From an uncultured Candidatus Saccharibacteria bacterium (GTDB taxonomy: Bacteria > Patescibacteriota > Minisyncoccia > UBA6257 > 1-14-0-10-44-23), in assembly GCA_964549935.1 (NCBI GenBank), contig CAZJVT010000002.1:121336-185335 (forward strand): 64,000 nucleotides of DNA, in the 5' to 3' direction. The notes under the pieces are model-generated. The model was given only the letters and a program-made list of their open reading frames with translations, made no database searches and was not told where the DNA came from. The first letter of the stretch is position 1, and the number at the start of each line of letters is the position of its first letter. Shown here one piece after another: positions 8,643-18,838 of this stretch. A program made the position numbers and the translations under genes.

Positions 8643-10370
8643 TTACAGTACCTCCTGCTGGTAACAGGCTTCGCAGTAGACTTTAAGGTTCCTGGCCGGA
8701 TCCCAGCCACTTTGCGTTTGCTTACCACAGAGACTACAAGATGTGACCCAGAGCTTGTAAGGTCGCTGCAATTCAAAACGAGCCCTTACGCGCTCTAAGG
8801 GATGCACTGTTGGCAGAGGCAGCTTTTTAGCACGATAAAAATCAAACTCAAATTGGGTCAGCCTAAATGGCTTACCGGATTGCTCGCAGATCAGTATTTT
8901 TTGCAGAATATCGCTGGGCACATTCGTGATGTCTTTTGGGATCGCCTCTCCACTCAAAACATTTGGCCCCGAAGGTGTGGTAACAATTTCAGCTTCTTCG
9001 TAATGCCAACCATTTGTTTTTATTTGTCCATCGGATAGAGGGAAAACTAGATTCGCATTTGAATCTTTGTAGGCGAAAGGATTTTCGGTAAGCGGAAAAA
9101 ATTCGCCGTACTCCCCGCGAGCGAGCATCGCTGTTTTTAGATCATCAACCAGCCTCCAGTATTCACTTTCTTCGTACTGCTTATTAAAAATACAAAACTT
9201 CTTATTTTTTAAAGCAATGCAGCCAAAAACATACTCGCAATTATTACATTCAGTGGAGTACTCTACATCATTTGAAACACGCACCATAACAGAAAATTTT
9301 GCGTTCTGGCATTTTGTTACCCCGGATGACTCATAAGCCTGGGATGAACCGCTCGAACCAAAAACATCCATCATCGTGTCGATGTTGTCCACATGCTGAA
9401 CGTACTTTAAGTCCTCTCCATTCACAATCTGGAAACAGTTTTTGCAGTTCTTTGTATGCCGCAATGTATTACCGGACGAGTTCTCGGTATATAAAGCGTC
9501 AACTGCCTTATGGATTGCTTTTTTGCATAACTCGCCGAAACGTTGTTCGTACTCCCGCAAAACATCTCTATCTCCTGTGTTGATTTCAGCCATCCTCTTT
9601 TGATACTCCTCTTTGGTCAGCTGTTCATTGAAAAAGCAATATTTTTTGTTACGCAAGTTAGTGCAACCAAAACAATTTGTGCAATTTTTGCAATCAAAAA
9701 GAAACCAGCTGTCTACGCAACTGATAGAGTCAGTGCAGAAAAAACAATTATATGACTGCTCAACAAGAGTGCACTCATAGCAGTTATCGCTCTCGAGGAG
9801 CCAGTTTGTATCAATTGAATTTTTTGAGCGAATTGGAATATAGCTGTATTGAATGTCCTCTGATTCGTAAGGAATCGAAACGTAATAGCAATTCTTTGCC
9901 TGCACTCCCGAAACTACATATTCACAATTAACGCTTTTTGGATCTTTACTAAGCGCTTGGCGTGGTGCCCGCTTACTAAGCGCGCTCCATTGTTCAAAAA
10001 ATGGAGCTTGCGGATCGAGTGGTTGGCCATACTCTGCCCCTTCCCAGCCGTCACCGTAATAGAAGGGGTCATCGAAAACAACTGCGGGGTTTTTAGCAGA
10101 ATAACAGGCCAGCATGCTTTCACTGTGGCCGGGCGCACTACATGGTCGACGATAAAACAGCGGAAGGAAGCTTACGCGATACCCCAGCCGCCGCTGCATG
10201 CGACAATTCGGACACAGTGTTGGCGGCGGCACTTTAAATTTCTTGTACCACTCAATGTCGTCAGCCTCAACTTTAAAAGTCGAAGAACACTGTCGACACC
10301 TGCGCTCGTGCGGCGCAAGCTCGCCAAGGATTTTTTTTATCGCTGCATCAAACTTCGGCGTTTTAGACAT
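8643..10370 (-). CDS. Cys-rich hypothetical protein (family common in CPR genomes)
   Basis: 575 aa with many CxxC pairs, DCKNCTNCFGCTNLRNKKYC repeats and a C-terminal VYCEACY. Confidence 0.8.
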   Translation of the reverse strand: MSKTPKFDAAIKKILGELAPHERRCRQCSSTFKVEADDIEWYKKFKVPPPTLCPNCRMQRRLGYRVSFLPLFYRRPCSAPGHSESMLACYSAKNPAVVFDDPFYYGDGWEGAEYGQPLDPQAPFFEQWSALSKRAPRQALSKDPKSVNCEYVVSGVQAKNCYYVSIPYESEDIQYSYIPIRSKNSIDTNWLLESDNCYECTLVEQSYNCFFCTDSISCVDSWFLFDCKNCTNCFGCTNLRNKKYCFFNEQLTKEEYQKRMAEINTGDRDVLREYEQRFGELCKKAIHKAVDALYTENSSGNTLRHTKNCKNCFQIVNGEDLKYVQHVDNIDTMMDVFGSSGSSQAYESSGVTKCQNAKFSVMVRVSNDVEYSTECNNCEYVFGCIALKNKKFCIFNKQYEESEYWRLVDDLKTAMLARGEYGEFFPLTENPFAYKDSNANLVFPLSDGQIKTNGWHYEEAEIVTTPSGPNVLSGEAIPKDITNVPSDILQKILICEQSGKPFRLTQFEFDFYRAKKLPLPTVHPLERVRARFELQRPYKLWVTSCSLCGKQTQSGWDPARNLKVYCEACYQQEVL

Positions 10371-10422
10371 AGTTACTACTCAAATCTACTCTAGCTACTT
10401 TCTACTGTCTACTAACTACTGC

Positions 10423-11928
10423 CTAAATCAGCGGCTCCGGGTTCTCCATAACCGGGGCTTGGGCAACACCGCCTTTGCCGCCGGTAATAATCGCCTTTTC
10501 CTGCGCGCTGCGAATGATTGTGGACTCCTCCTCCATAATCAACCTCTTGGCATCGCCAACCGGAATCGTGTACTTGCGGCGACTGGCCTCTACGATGCGG
10601 TCTTTGAAGTTCGCGTGGTTTGGCGGCATCACCTTGAGTGTCTTAGCTGAAAATGGGTCGTAGCTTTCTCCGTTGATCATCTCTTTGATATAAAACTCCT
10701 GCTTGCCCAGGTTGATCATATCTTTAACTTTAAAAATCGGTGCGAACTCGTCTTCAAGTACCACAGCGTCAGCGCCGCCGACACGAAAGGTAATAATCGT
10801 ACCAGTATTACCGAGTACGGCAGAAAGCACCTTTGGCAGCAGCTGGCCCATGTACTGGTGCGCGATCGTCAAACACAAACCGTACTTACGCGCCTCGGAC
10901 ATCAAGTTCTCGAATGTTTCGGTCACCACGTTTTGGAACTCGTCGATATAGAAATAAAAGTCTTTACGGTCACGCTCGTGCATACGCGCACGACTCATAC
11001 CCGCCTGCTTAATCTTCGTCACGAACATCGAACCGAAGAACGAGGAGTTTTCTTCGCCGAGTCGTCCCTTAGAAAGATTGATGAGCACAATCTTCTCCTC
11101 GTTCATCAACTTTTCCAAATCAATCTTGTTGGTTTTTTGTCCGAAAATATTGCGCAACATCGGATCAGACAAAAACTGCCCGAGCTTGTTGACGAGCGGG
11201 ATAATGGCGTCAGTATCAAACTTTTCACTCCAGTCCGCGAATTCAATTGCCCAGAAGCGCTTGACCATGTCGTCCTCGATATACTCGATAACCTTTTGGC
11301 GGTAGTTACGGTCAGTCAACATTGAAATCATGCCGCGCATCGTGGCGTGCGGGTAATCAAGTAAAGCGAGTGTGGTAAAACGAAACACGTGCTCCAGACG
11401 CGGCGTCCAGTTAGCACCGAACTGCTTTTCCATGACTTCGATAAGCCCCTGCGTCAACTGATGCTTAAACGCCGGGTCGACATTGGCGAGCGGATTAAAC
11501 GACGCCGGAAAGTCCATGTCAGACGGATCAATAATACAAACGTCTTCAATGCGTCGCTCCGGAATTGCGGCGAGCACGTCCTCGATGACGTCGCCGTGCG
11601 GATCCATCAAGCAAATGCCTTTGTTGAACTCTACATCCTGACGGATGAGCAACTCGAGTAGCTTTGTTTTACCAACGCCGCTTTTACCAATGATGTATAA
11701 ATGACGACGGCGATCGTCGCGCTTAATACCAAAAACGAACTTTTTCTCTTCCAGTGCAGCGACGTAGTTGGTGCGGCCGAAAAAGTTAATATCTTTCGGG
11801 TCAACTTTACCGAGCATCGGCAAATCGGGCGGCGGCGGTGCGTATTTAACAATCTGTACGCGAGCCGAAATCGGCGGGAGTTGCGCCGGTGTAGCAGCTT
11901 GCTGTGGTTTTACATCGTCTGGAGGCAT
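10423..11928 (-). CDS. Second VirD4/TraG/HerA-like ATPase
   Basis: GKSGVGKT, DPHGD, YIDEFQN, SEARKYGL; paralog of 4677..6530. Confidence 0.87.
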   Translation of the reverse strand: MPPDDVKPQQAATPAQLPPISARVQIVKYAPPPPDLPMLGKVDPKDINFFGRTNYVAALEEKKFVFGIKRDDRRRHLYIIGKSGVGKTKLLELLIRQDVEFNKGICLMDPHGDVIEDVLAAIPERRIEDVCIIDPSDMDFPASFNPLANVDPAFKHQLTQGLIEVMEKQFGANWTPRLEHVFRFTTLALLDYPHATMRGMISMLTDRNYRQKVIEYIEDDMVKRFWAIEFADWSEKFDTDAIIPLVNKLGQFLSDPMLRNIFGQKTNKIDLEKLMNEEKIVLINLSKGRLGEENSSFFGSMFVTKIKQAGMSRARMHERDRKDFYFYIDEFQNVVTETFENLMSEARKYGLCLTIAHQYMGQLLPKVLSAVLGNTGTIITFRVGGADAVVLEDEFAPIFKVKDMINLGKQEFYIKEMINGESYDPFSAKTLKVMPPNHANFKDRIVEASRRKYTIPVGDAKRLIMEEESTIIRSAQEKAIITGGKGGVAQAPVMENPEPLI

Positions 11929-12032
11929 ATATAGTGTTCACGAACATACTAACTCACGAATCATACTAACGGCATAGTAAGATTGGAATTTTTTAGTTCG
12001 TATGCTTAGAGTGTTCGCATGTTAGTGATTAC
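11929..12032. repeat. ~100-bp foldback element with degenerate arms, copy 1
   Basis: atagtgttcacgaacatactaactcacgaatcatactaacgg...ttcgcatgttagtgattact; homologous to 27060-27153. Confidence 0.7.
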
Positions 12033-12034
12033 TG

Positions 12035-12760
12035 TTAGAATTCCTTAAGCTCTTTTAAGAAATCTCGGAATGAAACAAGGGCTCGTTCAGCCTGATGACT
12101 GCTCATTTGGAAGCCCGGCGTGTGTGCGAGCTCGTTGCGCAAGCGGTGCGCCTCAAAAACTTTCTCAACTATTTTGCTACCGGTAAAACGAGCTTCGTTT
12201 AATCTGTCGGCAAAGGTCTCCCCTGGCATACCGCGCTGTTTTAGAACATGGTCAACGAGCGCGTCCGCTTCCATCACGGCCCAACGCAGGTTTTCCGGCG
12301 TACCCGTGTTGGCCCGATGCACAATATTAGACCAGTGACGCAGCGTCGCCGGATTGCCGGTCGGAGCATGCCCGCCATGAGCTGGTGCGTGCGCCTCGCC
12401 ATGCGCGCCGCCATGACCTCCGTGGGCATCGTGACCATGCTCGTGCGGCTTCAAGCCAAAGAGTGTCATTCCCTGTTTAAGTGGCCAGACGCGGACAAGT
12501 GCATACATACCCGTAATAATCAGAAGGATATCGAGGATGACAAAAATCGGCGTGATATTTTGCCGCCAAACGATTACAAAAACATCCCAGGCCTGAACCG
12601 CAAAGTCGCTAGCGCTAAAGCCGCTACCGAAGATACCGTGCTGTGTCCCCTCGACGAAGAAGGAAAGCCCGAGGTAGCCAAAAAACAAAGTTACGGCCGC
12701 CCAAACAGCCCAGACCTCTTGTTGGAGCAATTTGTGATGTATGTGGTGTCCGTCGGCCAT
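12035..12760 (-). CDS. Membrane protein with His-rich linker and C-terminal HEPN/DUF4145-like domain
   Basis: Two hydrophobic segments, HEHGHDAHGGHGGAH linker, AVMEADALVD...EAHRLRNELAH (RxxxxH). Confidence 0.65.
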   Translation of the reverse strand: MADGHHIHHKLLQQEVWAVWAAVTLFFGYLGLSFFVEGTQHGIFGSGFSASDFAVQAWDVFVIVWRQNITPIFVILDILLIITGMYALVRVWPLKQGMTLFGLKPHEHGHDAHGGHGGAHGEAHAPAHGGHAPTGNPATLRHWSNIVHRANTGTPENLRWAVMEADALVDHVLKQRGMPGETFADRLNEARFTGSKIVEKVFEAHRLRNELAHTPGFQMSSHQAERALVSFRDFLKELKEF

Positions 12761-12762
12761 AA

Positions 12763-14079
12763 TTATTTGAATTTATCTAAGACGCTTTCGTCAGCGTAAA
12801 TCGGCAAGCCGGCCGGAGCACCCATCTTACGACTCTCAACACGCTGCGTGAGCGGGCCGGTTGTGACTAAGATTGTCGGCGGGTGGAACAACGTGGCTAA
12901 CACTTCAGAGGTCAGAATATCGCTCCGCGAGCCCCACTTATTAAATGTGTGCCCGGAGAGCCACTGCCCCATCCACTCATGAATACCGAGCTCGCGTTCA
13001 ATCCAGAGGTGTAAATTTCGATTTTTACGTGCACGACGGCGAGTGCGTTTAAAAATAAACGGCGGGTCGAACCACCCCGGCTTGGTGTTCATGCGGTCAT
13101 TAAACACGAGACTGTTTAAGTCAGCTGCATTGTACTGCGCAAACGAACCTTTGATAGCACGTCGCGGCACACGGTCAGAAAAAATCTTACGCGGGGCAAC
13201 ATACAAAATACGGATGTTAGTATCAAACGCCGGCTTACTTAAATTGCGCTCAACGGCTTTTAAAATATCTGTCTGCCCCGGAGACTTTTGCAGAAGTGAC
13301 ATCTTGAGAGTGGCGGCAAGATCTTCCGCTGCTGCCCCGTGCCCCGCTCCTTTTGCCACCTGCGGCGTACGCAATTTTTCAACAATGTGTTCGTACTGAT
13401 GCCCCCAGTTTAAACCAGCAGGCGCAATATTGTACTGAATGCCGACAAACTCCTGCGGCCCGACGGCAGCGAGCGCCTCCATGAACACAGCCATCGGATC
13501 TACCTGATATTCTTCAGTGCTGCTTTCAAACTGCTGGTATGTTTTGATGGGATAGGCGGGATCTTTTGCAAATACGAACTCGTTGGCGTACAGATCCTTA
13601 CCGGCGAGCTCAAGCTCCAAGATATTGTGCGGAATCCACTTCGGCACGTAGTCTTCGGCCTCCACGATTTCTACCTCCGGGTATGTCGCGTACATCGCAC
13701 CTTTAAAAATACTGACGTACTGATCAAATACGCGGGCGTAAAAGTGAATCTCGCCGCCTAAGCTCACGACTTCAAACGTCCACCAAATAGTGATTTCACC
13801 GAGTCCATACTTTTCACCAATGTGGCCGGCCCAGTTACCCATACCGGAGATTGCGTGGAAAAACTGGTCCATACTGCGCGGACTGCGCGTAATTTCACGC
13901 GGCATTTTCATCTCTAAGAATTTGTAATTGAGCGAGACCTCGAAGGTACGATTACGCCAATACACCCACAGCGAGCGGACAACCGGGAACAAGAAAAAGA
14001 AAAGCGCCGCTGGCCAGATAGCCTTCAGAAATGAAATAATAACAGGTAGCGCAGCATCAAGCGCGTTTGAGAACCACAT
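12763..14079 (-). CDS. Membrane-anchored hypothetical protein, likely partner of the VirD4-like ATPase
   Basis: N-terminal TM, FEVVSLGGEIHFY, YPEVEIVEAEDY, YPIKTY, ATLFHPP; operonic position. Confidence 0.7.
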   Translation of the reverse strand: MWFSNALDAALPVIISFLKAIWPAALFFFLFPVVRSLWVYWRNRTFEVSLNYKFLEMKMPREITRSPRSMDQFFHAISGMGNWAGHIGEKYGLGEITIWWTFEVVSLGGEIHFYARVFDQYVSIFKGAMYATYPEVEIVEAEDYVPKWIPHNILELELAGKDLYANEFVFAKDPAYPIKTYQQFESSTEEYQVDPMAVFMEALAAVGPQEFVGIQYNIAPAGLNWGHQYEHIVEKLRTPQVAKGAGHGAAAEDLAATLKMSLLQKSPGQTDILKAVERNLSKPAFDTNIRILYVAPRKIFSDRVPRRAIKGSFAQYNAADLNSLVFNDRMNTKPGWFDPPFIFKRTRRRARKNRNLHLWIERELGIHEWMGQWLSGHTFNKWGSRSDILTSEVLATLFHPPTILVTTGPLTQRVESRKMGAPAGLPIYADESVLDKFK

Positions 14080-14159
14080 ACCTATACAGTATAGCAGAAA
14101 AGATGCCGAAAACGGTTCCGGGCGCCGCAGTAGCGGCGCCCGGATACCTACCTTCTCTC

Positions 14160-15221
14160 TTATTTAGCCATTGCCACGGCGTACTCGCCAGTCGGCATTC
14201 GCTTGAAATACTTTTTGTTCTGGAGGTTAAAGAGAATTGTCGTCTCTTTAAAGATTCGGTGCTTGAGCACTTTGGCGATCAAGTCCTTCGGCTTCATCGG
14301 ACCCTCACTCTGCAAAACGTGGAGCAAGATGTCGCGAATCGTACCGGCTGGAAGCGCATCGTGTTCGCGCAGGCTGTAGATACCGCGGCCAACGAGCAGG
14401 AAACGGCGGTCTTTGATGAGCTCGTTGTGAATAGTCTGGGTGTTAGTCTTGCGGCGTGGGCGCAAACGGCGAATCTCACCGGCGATTTCGTTAAAGTGGA
14501 GCGGCTTGCTCGCCTTTTTGAGAATCAAATAAATCCAGTCGCGAGAAACCTTCGGGCTTACCTCCGGCCACTCGGTCAAACCGAAGTCACCATACAAGTT
14601 GCTTCCGAACTTACGGCTGATATGCAAATAGTGACGAGCAACCTCGGCCTCAAGCTTGTGCAGCTCGCGAACTTCGTGGAAAAACTGTTCGAACTTTTTT
14701 TCGTTGATGGTCTCTCCTTTGCGCTCACGAAGGTGCTTAACCAGGGCGTCCAAAAACTCCTGCGCCTTCTGCTGGTGACCTTCAGAAAGGTGCCAGTGTG
14801 AGTTTAACTCCTCGTCCTCGCGGTGGTACAAAACTTCGCCGGAGATTTCAAGCAAAAAGCGAACCTGGTTGGCGAAGTTGACCGGCAAGTCCTTACCGCC
14901 ATCGGCAAAGTGCTTGAGGTCGGTCAGCAAGTGGTCCTCGCGGCGAACGCCACCGGTCTTTGTAAGCTCGCTGATAGCGTGTTTAACAAGCGCGGCGAGA
15001 TCTGAGCGCTGCATGTGCTTACGGACTTCGTTGATAGCTGAAGATTCAATCTGGCGGATGCGCTCACGGGTAACACCGAACGACTTACCAAGCTCGGCGA
15101 GGGTCTGTTCCTCTCCGGAATCCAGACCGTAACGCTTCGTCAGCACTTTGCGCTGGCGAGCATCAAGACCGGCAAAAAGTTGCTCAATAATCTGGGCTGT
15201 CGTTGGGTTGGTTTGTGTCAT
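14160..15221 (-). CDS. Sigma-70 region 4 HTH plus HARE-HTH (RNAP delta-like) protein
   Basis: TLAELGKSFGVTRERIRQIE; PLHFNEIA...QTIHNELIKDRRFLLVGRGIYSL. Confidence 0.85.
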   Translation of the reverse strand: MTQTNPTTAQIIEQLFAGLDARQRKVLTKRYGLDSGEEQTLAELGKSFGVTRERIRQIESSAINEVRKHMQRSDLAALVKHAISELTKTGGVRREDHLLTDLKHFADGGKDLPVNFANQVRFLLEISGEVLYHREDEELNSHWHLSEGHQQKAQEFLDALVKHLRERKGETINEKKFEQFFHEVRELHKLEAEVARHYLHISRKFGSNLYGDFGLTEWPEVSPKVSRDWIYLILKKASKPLHFNEIAGEIRRLRPRRKTNTQTIHNELIKDRRFLLVGRGIYSLREHDALPAGTIRDILLHVLQSEGPMKPKDLIAKVLKHRIFKETTILFNLQNKKYFKRMPTGEYAVAMAK

Positions 15222-15424
15222 GGGTTATAAAAAGCTATAAATTTGACAGTGTTGTATTGCTATTAAGGTAGCATTAATGGGATTTAATGTCAAACGCTAC
15301 CCCTTTCCGCTGCTCGAGCCACATGCAGTTTCTGCATTTGAATCGAGTGGCGGGCAGGAGCGTCGGTCTAAGACCGAGCTCCTGCGCCGTTTGCGACCTA
15401 GGCACCGGCTGAAACCGGTGATCC

Positions 15425-15991
15425 TCACTCTGCGTCATTGTGCTTGGCGAGGATCTGCCAGAGCACCTGCTCGATCGGACCGACCGAGTCCTTCGGGTCA
15501 GGATGAGCGCAGACGATGGGTGCATCGTTGGCCATCTTGTTTTCCCGGACGAGCCTCTTGAACGCCTTGCGACAGACACCGCAGGGCTCGAGCAACTCAG
15601 TCGGGACACCCGACTCGTTGTCGACTTGGATGTCGCCGACAACGCACCCGCCGATGATGTGGCGGTAGCCGGCACGCCACGCCTTGTGAATCGCGCGGCG
15701 CTCGGCGCAGCATTTCTTCCGCGGCTTCATCTCCTTGTGAGTGTGCCGCTTGATCTTCCTCCCGGCGACCTCGCCGCCGCTCTCGCAGAAACATTCATCC
15801 TTTTTGCGACAAGGACGCTTCATGTTTCCCGCGGAGAAGATCTGGAAGTCACCGCAGTCGTTTTCCGCCAAGAAGGCGGCGCCGACACAGAAACCGCGGT
15901 AACTATCCGCATCCTCGGCGTGTGCCACGCGCGCCGAGAGTATGAGGCCTTCCTTGCGAGCAAGGTAGGCAGCAAGCTTTCGGTCGTCCAT
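15425..15991 (-). CDS. Cytidine-deaminase-fold protein in a GC-rich cassette
   Basis: SYRGFCVGAA, CAE, PCGVCR motifs; SD GGAGGT upstream. Confidence 0.75.
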   Translation of the reverse strand: MDDRKLAAYLARKEGLILSARVAHAEDADSYRGFCVGAAFLAENDCGDFQIFSAGNMKRPCRKKDECFCESGGEVAGRKIKRHTHKEMKPRKKCCAERRAIHKAWRAGYRHIIGGCVVGDIQVDNESGVPTELLEPCGVCRKAFKRLVRENKMANDAPIVCAHPDPKDSVGPIEQVLWQILAKHNDAE

Positions 15992-16041
15992 GGTGCACCT
16001 CCGAAAATGACCCGCAGAGTACGCCTCTGTGGTTAATGTAT

Positions 16042-16071
16042 ATTATATCACACAAATGCCTATTTTGTCAA
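16042..16071 (-). promoter_or_regulatory. Sigma70 promoter of the deaminase cassette
   Basis: TTGACA-18nt-TATAAT with extended TG. Confidence 0.75.
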
Positions 16072-16133
16072 TACCCCAGTACCAGAGCCTGCTGGCGCGG
16101 TACGGGGCTAAGGCTCAAAAAGTACATAACGAA

Positions 16134-16196
16134 AAAGCCCCCTCCAAAGGCGGGCAAGCCTGACGCGGGGCTTTAAGGATGCAGCAAGGGCAAAAA
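16134..16196 (-). repeat. GCATCCYTAAAGCCCCGCGTCAGG repeat, partial unit
   Basis: Matches 21016-21060 and 45975-46128; follows the secF terminator. Confidence 0.8.
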
Positions 16197-16275
16197 GCAA
16201 CCGGGCGGCCTACTGGCCGCCCGGTTGAAAATCCCCTATTTACCCTACTGACTAACCGACTAACTGATTAGCCGG

Positions 16276-17202
16276 TTAACGATTCCGCTTACCCTGCCAG
16301 ACAACCAATAACGGGCTTGCGACGAAGATCGAAGAGTAGGTTCCGGCGATAGTACCAACGAGCATCGCGAGCACGAACCACTTCAAAGTCGCGGCACCGA
16401 GCAAGAATAAGACGGCGAGGACAATGAAGAGCGTCATCGACGTATTCAGCGAACGAGCAAAGGTCTCATTGATAGAACGGTTGACGAGGCCGCCGAAGTC
16501 TTCGTTGGCTTTACCGGTGCGAAGGTTTTCGCGAATGCGGTCGAAGACAACGATGGTGTCGTGTACCGAGAAACCGATGACGACGAGCACGGCGACGATG
16601 AAGTTGGTATCAACTTCGATGCCCATAAAGTGACCGAGGAAGGCAAACAGTCCGACCGGGATAATCGCGTCGTGGAACAAGGTGAGCAGCGTGATTAACG
16701 CGTACTTCCATGATGAAACCGGCTGGCTAACCTTGCGGAAGGCGTAGGCAACGTAAAGTGCGATAGCGATCAGGTTGATGCCGAAGGCCCAGAGCGCCTT
16801 ATCGGCAAGCTCGCGACCGATCGAAGCACCGATTGACTCAAAGGAGAGCTCGTCAAACTTTCCAAACTTTGCGCGAAACTCGGTGACCATCGCCTGGTGG
16901 GTCGGCTCGGTCATCTCTTTTGTTTTGACGATAAAGGTCGCCCCATCATCCTGCGGAGTCACGACGGCATCGGTAATCCCCTTAGCAACTAAAACCGCAG
17001 AAATGCTTTCCTGTGTCGGCTTCGCTAAAGTCGCCGGAGTTGTCGATGAAACAGCGACCGGAGTGAACTGGATCTGCCAGAGTGTACCTCCGGTAAAATC
17101 AATAGCCGGCTTAAGACCAAAACCAAAGTATCCGTAAATACTTGCGACAACGAGTACCGCCGAGAATCCGAGGAAGAGCCACTTGTGTTTGATGACGTTC
17201 AT
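16276..17202 (-). CDS. secF: Protein translocase subunit SecF
   Basis: IDFTGGT, GFSVHDTIVVFDRIREN, RSLNTS, GTYSSIF. Confidence 0.96.
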   Translation of the reverse strand: MNVIKHKWLFLGFSAVLVVASIYGYFGFGLKPAIDFTGGTLWQIQFTPVAVSSTTPATLAKPTQESISAVLVAKGITDAVVTPQDDGATFIVKTKEMTEPTHQAMVTEFRAKFGKFDELSFESIGASIGRELADKALWAFGINLIAIALYVAYAFRKVSQPVSSWKYALITLLTLFHDAIIPVGLFAFLGHFMGIEVDTNFIVAVLVVIGFSVHDTIVVFDRIRENLRTGKANEDFGGLVNRSINETFARSLNTSMTLFIVLAVLFLLGAATLKWFVLAMLVGTIAGTYSSIFVASPLLVVWQGKRNR

Positions 17203-17217
17203 ACGTGTATTTCTAGA

Positions 17218-18534
17218 TTAAGCTTTTTTCTCCGCGACCTTCTTTTCGTGCACAAAGATTTCAAGCAGTGTGCGCGTTACGGTAATCGCCGTAAACATCG
17301 AGACGATAACTCCGAGCAGGAGTGAGAGCGCGAAGCCTCGGATAAAGCTCGAGGTAAATCCGTACAGCACCAGCGAGGTGATCATCGTGGTGATATTTGA
17401 ATCACGGATTGACGGCCAGGCGCGGCGAAAACCCTCCATGATGGCGGCGGTCTTAGTAATTCCCTTCTTGAGCTCCTCTTTACTGCGCTCGAAAATAAGA
17501 ATGTTGGCGTCGACGGCCATACCGATAGAAAGCACGATACCGGCGATACCGGCGAGCGTCATCGTGATACCAAGTAGCTTGGTAATAGCGAGAAGCAAGA
17601 CGATATAGATAACGAGTGCGATTGAGGCGAAGATACCGAGCTTGCGGTAGTAGATGAGCATGAAGAGCATAATAATAGCTGTACCGATAAGACCGGCGAA
17701 GAGCGTTTTGTCTAAGCTGTCGGTACCAAGCGTGGCACCAATCGTCTGCTGACTAACAAGCTTAATCGGAGCAGCAAGAGCGCCGTCCTTAAAGCGGCTG
17801 ACGAGCTGCTGGGCCTCGGCAACGGTAAACTGACCGGTTATTTGCGCCTTACCGCCGCTGATCTTTTCGTTGACAGTTGGAGCAGTCAAAATCTGACCGT
17901 CGACATAAATCGCGACGCGCTTGCCGACATTTTTACCGGTCAAATCAGCAAACATTTTCGCCCCGGTGTCGTCGAATTCTAAGAAAACCTCTGGACGGTG
18001 TGTGACGTTGTCGAAGTTGAGCGTCGCGCTCTTGACGTAGCGACCGGTCAGCTCGGTCGGGACAAACCCCGGAGTTGGGGCGCCGCTGCTGGTTGGCAGG
18101 TCAATCACGCGACCGTCTTCAGTCGTGGCTTTGATAGAAGCACCCGGAGCGCTGACCATTCCTTCCTCTGCAAAAACGAGGAACGGCGTCTGACCAATCT
18201 GTGCGATGGCGGCGGAGGTGTCTTTAATGCCGGCGATATCCACGATGAGTCGGTAGGTGTCGCCCTGCTTGGCGGTTAAAACCTGCGGCTCACGAACGCC
18301 GGTGGAGTTAACGCGGGCTTCGATACGATCGCGGATACCGGAAACGACGTCGGCGCGGTCAGTGGCCGCGACACCGGTCATATCAACTTCGTAAACTAAA
18401 TGACTACCGCCGACGAGGTCGAGACCAAGACGCCACGGGCGGGTCTCACCCCAAAAGCTCGGGTGTAAAAAAAATACTCCTAATACAGAAACGACCGTCA
18501 CGATACCAATGAGTGCAAGTGCTCCTTTACGCAT
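17218..18534 (-). CDS. secD: Protein translocase subunit SecD
   Basis: LGLDLVGG, GMAVDANILIFER, IRDSNITT. Confidence 0.96.
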   Translation of the reverse strand: MRKGALALIGIVTVVSVLGVFFLHPSFWGETRPWRLGLDLVGGSHLVYEVDMTGVAATDRADVVSGIRDRIEARVNSTGVREPQVLTAKQGDTYRLIVDIAGIKDTSAAIAQIGQTPFLVFAEEGMVSAPGASIKATTEDGRVIDLPTSSGAPTPGFVPTELTGRYVKSATLNFDNVTHRPEVFLEFDDTGAKMFADLTGKNVGKRVAIYVDGQILTAPTVNEKISGGKAQITGQFTVAEAQQLVSRFKDGALAAPIKLVSQQTIGATLGTDSLDKTLFAGLIGTAIIMLFMLIYYRKLGIFASIALVIYIVLLLAITKLLGITMTLAGIAGIVLSIGMAVDANILIFERSKEELKKGITKTAAIMEGFRRAWPSIRDSNITTMITSLVLYGFTSSFIRGFALSLLLGVIVSMFTAITVTRTLLEIFVHEKKVAEKKA

Positions 18535-18764
18535 GCAAGTAAGGGTTAATGAGTATTAAATAGTACGAGAAACAATAGAGAGCAGTGTACTGAAAAAAGG
18601 CTTGTTTAGCAAGGAGCTTTACTGGATATAATTCTTATTGTATTATCTAACAATCGAAAACGCCTCTATGGCGACTTGCTAGTCTTGTCGCTCATGGTTG
18701 CGATTGCATCGCATTGATAACCGCCGCCAAAGGCGGCTCGCGATAAGTTTGTCGAGATAGTAGC

Positions 18765-18838
18765 GCCCCTATAGCTCAGTGGTAGAGCAACGGACTTTTA
18801 ATCCGCTGATGATGGTTCGATTCCATCTGGGGGCACCA
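18765..18838 (+). tRNA. tRNA-Lys(TTT)
   Basis: Acceptor GCCCCTA/TGGGGGC, D arm GCTC/GAGC, loop CTTTTAA, T arm GATGG-TTCGATT-CCATC, encoded CCA. Confidence 0.92.
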
